Source: Geosiphon pyriformis uo1
Taxonomy: Eukaryota; Fungi; Glomeromycota
Direction of reading: 5' to 3'
DNA length: 64,000 nucleotides
Assembly (NCBI GenBank): GCA_016748015.1
Contig: JAAOMT010000181.1
Coordinates: forward strand, 7,784-71,783
The translations under genes and the position numbers were made by a program. The notes under the pieces were generated by a model. That model ran no database searches, had not been told where the DNA came from, and was given only the letters and a program-made list of their open reading frames with translations. Within the stretch, counting starts at the first letter, position 1, and every line of letters begins with the position of its first letter. Below are positions 1 to 11,816 of the stretch, piece after piece.

Positions 1-949
1 CTTATAATTCCTATAATTCATTAGTATATTAATATTATTTCAAATTATTATTTATTATTTAATCAATTATCACATATCACGATTCAATTAAAATAATCTA
101 ATTAGTACAACAGAAAGTAAGATGATCAAATTACACAATACCCTGAACTTTATAACATTCAAAAATTCGCCGAAATTTACAGAAATTCGCCGAAATTTAT
201 AAGAAATTCGCCGAAATTATGAATAGTTCACCCAAATTAATCAATAGTTCAGCAAAATAACTTGTAGTTTATCAAAATGTATCTTTAGTTTGCTGAAATT
301 TGGGCAAAGAGAAAAAGTGCAAGTTCATAAACTAGTACTACAACAAGTTGTATAAAAGAAGAGCTTTTTTTTTCTGGAAAATGTATCTTACTTTAGATTT
401 ATCTCTTAAAACCGTTTCTATACACACAAAAAGAAATAAATATCAAATAATTCAAAAAACCAAATTCTTTAATTATTGTACTTGGAAAATCCCCAAAACC
501 CAACTAACATTTTGAAATTGATTAGCTACCAATTTCAGTAAACTGTTAGTGACTCCAGGCCTGGATAGAAAACGTTTCTCTTGACAAAATTCTATTTTTT
601 TTACATTTCTTTTATTTTCTTTTATTTTTCTTATTACAATCATTAAGGTAGCCTACAGACGAAATTCCTGTAGAAAAGTTGACTTTCACAGCAAAGTAAC
701 TACACATTTTTAGTGAGCTTCCAGACGAACAATTTCTGGGAAAGAGTTGACGTTTACTACAACATAACTACATAAAGTAACTGGCAAGGAATTGGCCATT
801 CCACTTATAAGCCCAGCAGTTCAAATTATAGGAGATAATTTGAAGATAAATTCAGTTATTGGAGGTTCAACTACTTCCTGAAAACGTGAATTCACAGCAA
901 ATCAACATTACCAACATTTAAGAAAAAAGACCAAAAACCTCCGGTAACA
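1..949 (+). mobile_element. LTR (family B; left end outside window) inserted into the pol of the Gypsy element to its right
   Basis: Ends ...CCTCCGGTAACA at 949. Colinear with the split copy at 37184-37404/47033-47356/48253-48677. Has a GAAATTCGCC tandem repeat (165-225), TATAAAAG at 351 and a pyrimidine tract at 590-635. Gypsy pol coding sequence resumes at 950. Confidence 0.8.
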
Positions 950-3900
950 ATGTATTCCAGTTCAGAAAGAGATAGAGGATTATTTTTAATCTCTAATAGT
1001 TCACTAGTTGTCACACCTTTTGCTTTTGCATACATCATTCTTCATAGTTCATCTTTGTCATGAGGATATCCTTCCAATTGTTACAATGTTTATTTCCATA
1101 TATCGTCAATTGGTGTTCCTTTGCTTACCCAATTATTTATCAGTATGGTGTACTGACATGTCTTGTGCATGTTTTTCCATGCCCAGAAATGTTATTCCAC
1201 ATTCTTTCATTAGGTAGAATAGTTCCACATGCAAGACATGGTTGGTTATTCCATTTTTCTTGTCATTTTGGCCATCCAAAGCACTCTATGATGCATGGGC
1301 AGCAGTAGAATTTTGTGGCTGTGGAGTATTTCTCGTCACCACCACAGCATGTGTCCATTGATGACAATTTCTTACTACAATCAACACATTCTAATTTTGG
1401 TCGATGATAATTGGATGGTGGTAATAAAGTGTAAGTGTATGGACTATAAGTGCTACTGGTGAGAAGAGTTTCTTCTTTTTTCTCCTTTCTCTTTCTCTTA
1501 TTAGTTTCTTCCCATTCCCAGTTTGCTGATTTGTCTTGGTTATTATCAGTTTCCCAGTTTTGGTTGGTATTCTAGGTAAGTTCTTTGTTTTCCTTTCCTT
1601 TTCCTTTGTCATCTCAAAAAAGTATCAGTAATAGCTCATTGTGGTTTTTATCAGCCCAAGAGACTTGGTACACTTCTCAGGTAGGTTTCTCTTTTTCTTT
1701 TTCGAATTTGATAAGTGGAGCTGATGGCATGGTAATGGATTTGAAATGGCCACACATGGCTGGTACACATGTGTGTTGTCCGTTCTGGCTAAGCTGAAGC
1801 TCTTGGGTGTTCCAGTCAAGTGTTATGTTGATTTTGGACAGCCAGTCATTACTCACCAGTACTTGGTATTAAGTGGCTTCCATAACTAATACCTTGATTG
1901 GTACAGTGATGCCATTGATTTCTATGAGCAAGTTATCTATTTCACCAATTAGAGTCTTGGTGGTTCTATTAGCTATAATTATCCTTGCACTGACAGCTTG
2001 ATCAACTTGGTGACCTAATTGGTCTATGAGCTGTCTTGTGATGATGCTGCCAGCTGATCTACTATCTAGAATCAGTTTGATGAACTGACCATCAATTTTG
2101 GCATCCATGTACATCACCGTAATAGGTTTTTCCTCGAGTGCAGCTCCACTGAACAAAGGAGTTTTTGTCGGTTCCTCGATTTTAAAAGGAAATATAGCTG
2201 CTAGAGATTCGTCTTTTGTGACAGTGGCTGGCAGAATATTGGTAAGTGATTGCTTCTGTTTGGGTTCCTGAGTGTTGGGTGAGGCACTTTTTGGGGTAAC
2301 TAGAAGACTTAAATAGTTCTAAAAACTCAGGTTTTGAGTATATCTGGTTTCTGAACTCCACTGTTATAATCCTGACAGCTGGTTGGATGAACTGGGGATC
2401 AGTTGGTGAACAACCATTGCCAATCTCCAGTTTTGGGTGACTCTCAATCTAGGGTTTCCTGCTGTCATTTGAGCTGGGTTTGATGGCAGTGTTTGAACTA
2501 TAGGTGTCTAATAAATTATTTATGGCTGTGGTGGTTGTAGTTAATAAACTGAAGGTTAATATATGAGTGGTTGATATATTGGCTGTTGCATTATTGGCAG
2601 GTAAGTTGGTTGATATGATGCTGGGTTGGATTGATAATTCAGAGTTGGGAACCGGCAATCAGGGTTTCAATATTGATTTCCCGATCATTGGTTATTATTA
2701 TAAAATTGGCAGTCAGCTCTAATGTGGCCTTGTTTACTACAGTTATGGCAAACATGTATCTCTTGTTGCCATGGCTGATTTGGAGATGATAATGGACACA
2801 ACTGATTTTGGAAACGATTTATGTTTCCTGAATTATTGCATTGTTGTAGTGGTTGATAAATTGCGTGATTGTCAGCTAAGTATCCTTTCAATTTCTGATT
2901 AATTGAATTACTGAATTGTTTCAATTTGGAATCCAATTCAGATGATACATTTATCACTAGATTAATGGCTTGGGCATGGTTAGCTTTGAGTTCAATTGCT
3001 TCAAAATCTCAGGCATTGGTAATTGCAGCTTGAAGGTCTGCTGAATGCATTGGACATATGCATTGGAGGATACTACTGCATAGGCCTCTAAATAATCAGC
3101 CTGAATTGCTTGAATCTGGTACAGATTCCTATAGAAGTGTCCTAGGTAAATAGTGACTGCTTCATTTTTCCCTTGTTTGATAATGGTAAAAGTGTTTGCT
3201 AGCTGATTAATACTATTATTATTGTTGAAGTATTGTAGGAATGCAAGCTTGAATGCAGCAAATTCTTGGGGTTTGTTAACCAAGCTTTGATACCATGAAT
3301 TGGCAGTATCTTGGAGAAAGTAAGGAATGGCCTGCATGGCTCTGGCATTATTCCAGCTGTTGGCTATAATGGCTTTCTCCATATCATTTAGCCACACTTG
3401 GGCATTGTCTTCTTTGCTGGTGAATTTCTCAAGTTTTGCTATCGGAGCATAGGCCATTGGATTGACATTTGGTTGTTGCAGTTGTTGTTGTGGCTGTTGA
3501 AGCAGCTGCTGTGGTTGTTGAGGTGGTTGAAGTAGCTGCTGTTGCTGTTCAGCAATTGGTGGAACTGGATTAATCACAATTACTGGAGGTAAGTGTTGTT
3601 GATTATTAATGTCAAGGTTGTAATCATTCTGATTGTGCTGTGTTTGGAAATTTGGAGTCTCAATTTCTGGATTTTCCAAATTTGGATTTGGCTGAGTCTG
3701 AAAATTTGGGGTTTCAATGTTTGAGTTTTCTGGGATCAGGTTCTGGTAAGTAAATTTTTAATCTTTAGATTCTTTTTCCTTTTCTTTTTGTTCTTTTTCC
3801 AAATCTGTTACTTCCCAGGGACTCGTGGTTCCGAAATCTGGTTGCAGTAGTGAAGATCAAGATCCTGATGGTATTAGAGATCATGACTTAAATCCTTTGA

Positions 3901-4497
3901 AATATGCACCATATGGTCCTAAAAGATCTTCTTTTCTCTGTTTACTCTGAAATAGAAAGTGTTCAAATATGGATGTCGTATTTGATGTGAACATGCCTAT
4001 TGATGTGATGTTAATAGTGCTTCCAGATGTATAGTAGTAGGATGGATTTGTTGGTGATTCAATTTTGTGTTTCTTCCAAGTGGGTGGTTGGATCTGTTGA
4101 GGTGTTACTGCTAGTGTTTGTAATTTTTCTTTGCCTTTATTGGCATAAGTAATTGGATATCTTTGTTGTGTGTGATATTCAATTTTTTTATTAATCTCAG
4201 TAATAATAGATGCAAAATTATAATTTGTTTGTAAGCTGGTGTTTTGGATTAATTCATGGTAAAAAGTTTTTTTTGCTAATTCAGTGTTTACTGAAGTTCC
4301 TAACAAATAGGCAATTCTTTTATTAACATAAAAATTGAAGGCTAATTCTGTTGATATCTAATTGTGGTTCAATCTCAAGTGTTGACAGTAGTGTTGAAAT
4401 AAGAATTTCGTGAATCTTAAATGGTTTGCTTCTATACTTTCTGATTCTGCCACTGTTGATTTATTTGTTATTGGTGCTGGTTTTCTGTAGAATTATA

Positions 4498-4514
4498 CCT
4501 CACAGGAAGCACTA
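4498..4514 (-). promoter_or_regulatory. Primer binding site (TAGTGCTTCCTGTGAGG, TGG decayed to TAG)
   Basis: 2 nt inside the LTR; matches the intact PBS at 46073-46089. Confidence 0.8.
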
Positions 4515-4516
4515 AA

Positions 4517-5264
4517 TGTTACAAATAATTATTTGGGGTTTCAAGTCAAATAACAAATCCATAACTTGGTGCTTGGTTGGTACTTAGGTGTTGATATCTG
4601 AAGGTTTTATTGTAGAGTTCTTTGTATAATGGACAGAGAGTTAATTGATGGGTTTATCCATAACTTTCTGAAACTACAGTTTCATCAAATTTTTTTCTCA
4701 GCGTAATGGCTGGTAATTCTTCTGGTAAGCTACCCTCAAATCTATGAGTGTTCTATCCTTGTTTCACAGGTCTTTTACCAGTCACTATGACATTTGTATC
4801 TCAGCGCTTTTAATCCTCAATCGATTAGTATACAATAATAAAAATCAAAGAAAGAAAAGAAAAATAAAGAAAGAAGCCAAGGCAATACATAAATTAGTAT
4901 TCTGTCAATAGCCGTAATCAAGAGCTATTGTTCTAGTGGGGTTAAGTATCAATTACTATCAACATAAAGTGTTGATAATGACAAGTTGATTGAGATAGTA
5001 AATAATTATTTATTAATATTTGTGATGTGGAAGGTTTCTAATTGATAGATTCTGCTTTTTCTACTTCTAACACTATTACTATATATACATAATTGATGTT
5101 CTATGAGATTGTTTACATTCCCGAGTGATGTGCTATAATTTCTTGAGCAATATGTCATGATTTTTATCATTGCTCTACACTGCTGAGCAATGTGTTCACA
5201 TGCTACATACTATTCTTCTATTGGTTTACTATTTTCCTATATCTGTTTTTTCTTATAAGTAACA
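4517..5264 (-). repeat. 5' LTR of the Gypsy element (TG...CA, 748 bp)
   Basis: TGTTACAAAT at 4517 and TAAGTAACA ending 5264. Adjacent to the PBS. Homologous to the LTRs at 37405, 46092 and 47357. Confidence 0.85.
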
Positions 5265-6754
5265 CTAACAGCTTGTCAAGGATGCCACAAACCTAATCTT
5301 GGACCCATGAACACACTTACTTATCAGCAATTATATTAGTACCTATCAACACTATATTTCAAGGAGATATTATCTTAACAAGAACAAAATACCATATGGA
5401 AACAAGCACAAAATTACTTTATTCAAAATGACTAATTCTATCATCGAAAATAACAAAACCACATCACCCCATAATGATTGATCAAGAACAGTAAAAAAAA
5501 AGCTATATTATATAGTATGTATTCTGACCCAACTGCAGGACACTTCAACAAAGATGCAACTTTGGAAAAAACAATAAATCTATACTATTGGCCTATGATA
5601 TATAAAAATATCTTCGAATATGTTCTCAGTTGTGACTCATGCCAGCAAAGAGAAGAAGCCAGAATAATAGAGCCACTTCGACCCATTCCAGTTGGAAATC
5701 CATTTGATAGAATTGGGATCAATTTGGTTGGTTCTCTCTCGATTACATCCAAAGGAAATTGTTACATCATGGTAGTCGTAAACTACCTTATAAAATGGCC
5801 AGAAGCCAGAGCAATCCAAATAGCTGACACCAAAACAGTAGCTGAATTTGTACACTAAGATCTAATATGCAGACATGGATGCCTAAAAGAACTGTTGTCA
5901 GACCAAGGAACACATTTCATCAATACTATATTAACTGAATTGAGTCAATGTTTTGGTATAAAATAATCTTTATTATCACCATATCACCCACAAACAAATG
6001 GACTGGTGGAACAGTTTAACAAAACATTATGTGAAGCATTAGCAAAAATAAGTTACAAAAACAAACAAGAATGAGACTTATTCATACCTTTAGTACTCTT
6101 TGCATATTAAATGTTAAAGCAAAATACGACACAGTTTACACCATTCGAATTAGTCTATGAAAGAAAAGCAATGTTATCTATTGAATGAGAAATAGCATCC
6201 TACTCAACAGAAACTATCAACAAAGAAAATTTTGAAGATACTTTACACCAAAGAACATACCAGCTAATGGAAATATTAGAAAACAATCATAGAATAGCAG
6301 CTGACAATATTAGTAATACTTAAGAATAACAAAAAGAAAAACATGATAATCATCTACTCAAACAATTAATGGAATTAAAAATTGGAGACCAAATACTGTT
6401 ACATTGTACAAAAGCAGAAAAACAATGAAGCAGAAAGTTCAACCCAAAGTGGGACAGTCTATTTTACATACATAAAACTTTAGGAAATAGAGCTTACAAA
6501 TTACAATTGGAAGACAAGATTTTAAAGAAAGTAGTGCATGAAAATTGGTTAAAAATTTATCATGCAAAACAGAAATCATCATTATCAGTACCTCAGTTAG
6601 AAACACAAATTTCATTAATCAGACCAGAAAATATACCATGAGATCTGGAACCAATCATTGTTATCAAAATATAGACAATGTACAGCAAATTAATTTAAGA
6701 AATTCAAATATATATAGTATTTGAAAAACAACAAGAAATGATAAAACTTTTAAC

Positions 6755-7492
6755 ATGGACTTGTCAGATCAAATTTTACAACTTTCAAAACAACTATTTG
6801 ACACAATTCAACAATCTTCTGTTCAAATAGAAGTAACAATCAATAGAAAAAAAATACACTATAAAGATAGAAACAAGAAAGGAATGGGCATGAGTTCAAC
6901 TAGAACTAACTGTTCTCATTTCTACATCCTACATGAGAAAAAAATTTTACAGAAAAGAATTAAATTGTCTCAGACAGAACTTAAAGAAAGTGTGGAGAAA
7001 TGAGAAAAAGTTTATAAAAAAAGATACTTGGTCCCTAAGCTGGAAGAAATCAAAGAAGCCTTAGCTTGTGGGATTGATCTCCCCAAAACAGAGAAATGGA
7101 TACCAGACAACGTGAAAGAATGAAAAGAAAGACTTCCTCCAGCTTATTGGTTCTACAAAATAGGTAAACAATTAGACTTAAAGACACTATATAGAGACTT
7201 CAGCCAGAAAACTTTCAACAAAGAAGCAATGCAACAAGTAGAAAAATTCATAGAAAGAAGCAATCTAACCCTATATTACAAAGCAGTATACTGACTATAT
7301 ACTGCTTTCCAACATCGTCCAAATATACTGTTGTATGGATCTATAAAAACAATAACAGTTAACAACATAGGATAAATTACCAATTGACAGTTTGAAGACC
7401 TATAAAAAACAATACTTGATGCAACCATCAAACATTACATGAACAGAAACATAGAAACAAATACATATGATTTCACAGAAGCTCAATTCTAA
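6755..7492 (+). pseudogene. Additional ORF ('ORF3') between integrase and PPT, function unknown, interrupted by stops
   Basis: ORF 6755-7003 continues in frame through TGG>TGA-type stops (…KWIPDN..RLPPAYWFYKIGKQLDL…FQHRPN…). A homologous segment lies on the minus strand at about 38300-38690. Confidence 0.65.
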
Positions 7493-7506
7493 AAAGAGAG
7501 GGATAA

Positions 7507-8545
7507 TGTTACCCGAATAGAAAAACTGATCTAAAGTTAGGAAGTAACATAACCAGAACGTGACATAGCACAGAATAGCACACAATAACATTGGATAATG
7601 TATTATAACTTAGGATAGTACAGAATAACACATTATAATGCAGAATAACACAAAATAACATGTAATAATACCAGATAACATGTTATAACATAAGATAACT
7701 AGTAATAATGTAGAAGAGTAAAGCAATAACAAAAATAACAAAGCAATAGTTAGCAATAACAAAACAATCAGAAACAATCCTGTAAAACCAAAAAAAAATA
7801 TAAAAGTGAGTAGTTGTAATAAGAAGAAAGACAGATAGATACAAATCACTAGACAAGAATTAAATTTCCATACTCTTTCATCAATTATATTTTATATTCA
7901 TCTTCTGAAATAAATCAATTATTAAGAAATCAGAATCACAAATTCATATTCTCGAACTTTGTGAAATTTATGTAAATTAACTATTGTTTCATATCTTCAT
8001 TCCAGAAAAGATGCTCTTAACATAATCATCTTGAACTATTAACAATTTTCTGACCAATTGCTCTTGATCATGGCAATTGATGATACTAATTTATTTTTCC
8101 TTTTATTTTCTTTCCTTTTTTGCTTTTATTTTCTTTTTCTTTCTTTATTTTTTCTCTTGAGGAGTGGCAACATAGTAAAATTGACTGTTTGGGAATAGAC
8201 TTCGTGATAGTCTGGTAAAAGAAAGAAGCTCTCTCTAAGTTTTGGATATTAACATTATCTTGATAGCTTACCAGAAAGACAAAAAGACAACACCAGACCT
8301 TAATGACTGTGCTCATTAGCTTGGAGGAGAAAGCTTACTTTTATAAGAAATTGCAATCAGCGAAAACCAAAACTCTGTGCTTTATAACCAAAGAACTCAA
8401 CAGGTAAATTCACAACCAGTAAAATAAGATTTTTAGAGACTGATAATCAAGAATAAGCCAATGGAATTATGCCAAAGATACATTACCAATCATTGAAAGC
8501 ATTAAATGTTATCATTTTTATACTTCACCAAGTTTACTCATAACA
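7507..8545 (+). repeat. 3' LTR (family 2)
   Basis: TGTTACCC at 7507 and CATAACA ending 8545. Follows the PPT. TATAAAAG at about 7799. Reverse-complement homologue at 52873-54141. Confidence 0.85.
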
Positions 8546-8939
8546 CTGTCTAGTAAAAAGCTTCTAAATAATACTATAAAAGTTTAGTAATACTTATAGT
8601 TTTACAAGAAAATAGTTTATGTACATATTTTAAAACTATATATTTAACTGGTTTTTTTTTGTTCATTTAAACTTATTAAAATAGTTTTATATTTTACTCT
8701 AAAAACTATATTTACCAAATATATTAATATTTAGACTATTTGAATTATTAAATTCTATTATTTTGAATTTTGAATTTTTAGTAATATTAGATGATATTGA
8801 TAATAAATTCATTTTGGTAAGTTGAAGAGTAGAGTTGTTATACATGTATAGTTTTATATATCTCTTTAACTAATTATAGTAATTAAACAAAGTAATAATT
8901 GATAAACAAATAATATAAGTTATATTTTTTTTTAATTTT

Positions 8940-9130
8940 ATTAAACTTGAACAAGTTCATAAACTTTAAACCAGACTTAAACTGAATTCAAACTTGTTAA
9001 AAAAGTTTAATGCCAAACTTAAACCAAATCTACTTTAAAAAATTGGTTTGGTTTAAGTTTGGTTCATAATTTAAACCAAACTTAAATAGCACCCAAAATT
9101 TGGTTCAGTTTGATTTAATCAAAATCCTAG
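8940..9130. mobile_element. Possible DNA-transposon (hAT/MITE-like) terminus
   Basis: Dense AAAC(C/T)/(G/A)GTTT subterminal repeats in both orientations ending in ...ATCCTAG, directly abutting the next element. The other end was not found. Confidence 0.35.
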
Positions 9131-10250
9131 CTGCTATATCTGTTTTAAATTATTAATTAGTATTAATGGACAAAAATAGTGTTAAAATTTTTTTTTTGGT
9201 TAATTAAAATAAGACTATTTTGTTTTATAATAAGTTTAAAGCCAAGTTAATTAATTTTTTTTGAAATTAGTAATATGATCTTTTAGATTAGTAGTTAGAC
9301 TTGTTTTATTTTTTACTTTTTTAATTCTGGTCACCATTCTTAGTTTACTCTGGTTATATTTAAATTTCAAACTGATTTTAATATTGTAATAGTTAAGACT
9401 AATATACTAAAAAAGTATTGTATCTAATAGAAAACTTTTGATTATTAATATTATTTTAAATATTAAAAAATAGATCATTTAACTATGAACTATAAGGTGT
9501 TTTTATTTCTTTTTTCCAAGAGTTTCAAGGTTTTCAAAGTGTTTATACCCTATTTTGTAAATGCTAAATTTTATGTTAAAGCTTCTGCTCTTTTGAGTTT
9601 TTTTAAATTTTTATTTTTAATAACTTTTGTTTTTTCTTTTGTAATTGTTAATAATTTTTTGGTGTCTTCTTAGTTGACTTTTTTGGAATCTGATTTGATC
9701 AAACTTTTTGTTTTGATTAAGTTAATTGTTAAGTTTGTTAGCTTTTTAGTTGCTGTATTTAAACAATTTATTAAAAATAATTTGGTTTCAAGTAGTATTT
9801 TTAATTTTAAGATTAATAAACTTATAATTTATTTGGGTTTTTTTAGCAAAATTGTTAATAAGTTAAAAAAAAAATAATTTTGCTAAAAAAAATACTATAT
9901 AGATAATATTGATATGTTTGGTAATTTGGATTTTCCAATTGATATTAATAATAATATATTTTCTAATTTAATGTTTTTTTGAGTACATAAGTCTAAACTA
10001 ATCTTTTAAAAACAACTAAATAGCTAATTGGATTGGTCTTTTATAGTATTAGATTGTTTGATATAGTTTAAAGAATATTGACTTTGGGTAAATTTATTTC
10101 TGTTGTATTAACATAATATAATTTAAACTAACTTAAATAGTTAATTATATGTAAAAAGTGTGTAAATTATATTTAGTCCTAAAATACTTAATTTGTTTCT
10201 AATTTCTAGATAATAATTAGATTATGTTTATTAAATCTTAATAAAAAAAA
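9131..10250 (+). mobile_element. ORF1-only retroposon, 5'-truncated, heavily decayed copy
   Basis: 9131-9600 aligns with about 56918-57400 (…DSVKILPLVNQNETIL…). The 3' end matches the reverse complement of 36947-37183 and ends in an A-tract. Confidence 0.75.
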
Positions 10251-11816
10251 TCCAAAAATTTTATAAATAATACATTATTTTTTTTATATTTAACACATAT
10301 TATTTAATTATAAAAGACATTTTTATTAATTTATATTTTAAAAATACTTTGTTAAAAAAGTTTTAATTTTTAAATTATTATTATTATTATTATTAATAAA
10401 ATAAATATTTTACCAAGTTATTATTAAGTTATTATGTATTTTGAAATATGTTATAATTAAATTTAAAATAAAATAATTAAAAATTTTTTATAATCATATT
10501 TTGTAAAAGTTGTTAATTAAATATTTAAATTTAATATATAATAAATTATATATTGTAAATATTCTTTTTTGTTTTTAAAAACTGATTAATTTAAAAATTA
10601 AAACAAAATAATAAATAATAATACATAAACTGTTAATTAAAAAGAATTATAACTATAATTATAAATAACTATAAATGTTTTTTATAATTTTTAATAATAA
10701 TAATATATATATTCAAAATTGGTTTTTTTTTAAACTTATATTAAATAATAAAAATAAAAACATAGCTAAAAATTTAATACAAAAATACTAATATTATAGT
10801 ATTTTTTTAAAAATAATATAATTATTAATACAAAAAAATGGTTAAATACAATATTATTATAATAATTATTAATGATTTTTTTTAATTGTTAATTACTGGT
10901 AAAATTATATATTAATTATTAAATAAATTAGTGAATTCAATAAAAAGTTATTTAAAAACAGATTAAATAAAATACATTAAAAGCTTAAAACAGTTATTAA
11001 AATTGTTAAATATGTAATAATAAGCTGTTTTTTTGTCTTTATTATTATTATTTAACCATTTGTACAAAACATGTACAAAAAAATAAGTAAACTTTTTAAT
11101 AATTTAAAAAATAAATAATCTTATAAGCCATTTTATATATAATTTATGGTAGTACTAAAAAAAACTGTATTTTTACACAGTTCAAAAAATGGAGAAAATA
11201 AATAAGAAGTTGAAATAAATACAGAATTAAAATGTAAAGTCAATAAAAATAACATCAATAATTTTGTACACAACTAATTGTAAATCTGACCTACAAGATT
11301 ATTACTTTTGAACCCAAAAACTTCACCACCATCCAAAAGTATTTTAAAAGTGAACAAGATAAAAAAATGGAGTGGATGTAGAATAATAGAATGGAAAAGC
11401 GAGTCTCGCAAGCCGGAGATAAAAAATTGAGGGCATCCTGATAAAAAATGAACAATAAAAAGCAAGAAGGTTAGAATTAACATCCTTCTCATACCTCCCA
11501 GACTGGATACTGCTTACACACCATAACACTAGAAATTTAATAGGAGTATATATCTGAAAAAAAGTTCAATATTCCTGATAAAGCTTTCGGTCGATAAACT
11601 GGTTGATTTTCAACTAATAGCGGAACGCGTTGATGTGATCAGAGGGTAACACAAACTACGATTTTAAATTGCGACGCGACCCAACATGTTTTTTGCTTCC
11701 TCTTCTATGGAAAATTTGAAAAGCTTGACTGTTAACAAATTTATTGTGGTATTGAGTTTTAATCATTTTATCTGATAATCAAATCGTAAGTCTTCTGCTT
11801 CAATAGCCACAGCGCC

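Larger units (their letters stand above)
950..5264 (-). mobile_element. Ty3/Gypsy LTR retrotransposon, degenerate, 5' part (5' LTR, PBS, gag, protease, Cys-rich region)
   Basis: Gag-like ORFs 3881-4306 and 2957-3679 (Q-rich, PIAKLEKF..WL). CCHC knuckle CHNCSKQGHIRADC at 2685-2957. Aspartic protease LILDS(R)SAGSII at 1869-2156. Many stops and frameshifts. Colinear with 42500-47032. Confidence 0.9.
5265..8545 (+). mobile_element. Ty3/Gypsy element, 3' part (RNase H end, integrase, extra ORF, PPT, 3' LTR), degenerate
   Basis: SLSRMP at about 5270. Integrase GHF..YYWP..CDSCQ, PFDRIGI.LVG, YHPQTNGLVE at about 5310-6570. PPT AAAAAGAGAGGGATAA at 7491-7506. LTR at 7507-8545. Confidence 0.9.

Noticed and set aside
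165-225. CRISPR-like spaced repeats (GAAATTCGCCGAAAT; also 48013-48185)
   Set aside because: Eukaryotic LTR minisatellites with no unique spacers and no cas genes.
648-775. Hammerhead, twister or hairpin ribozyme in LTR B
   Set aside because: Catalytic core consensus (e.g. CUGANGA…GAAA) not found on either strand; kept only as a generic structured-RNA finding.
8086-8316. ORF MSTVIKVWCCLF… also seen at 53100-53288
   Set aside because: Antisense within two copies of the same LTR; similarity reflects the repeat, and the Lys-rich tail is just the pyrimidine tract.
11270-11560. Short ORFs; possible relic of a LINE RNase H (…GHPDKK.N…)
   Set aside because: Motif too weak and frames broken; cannot be supported.
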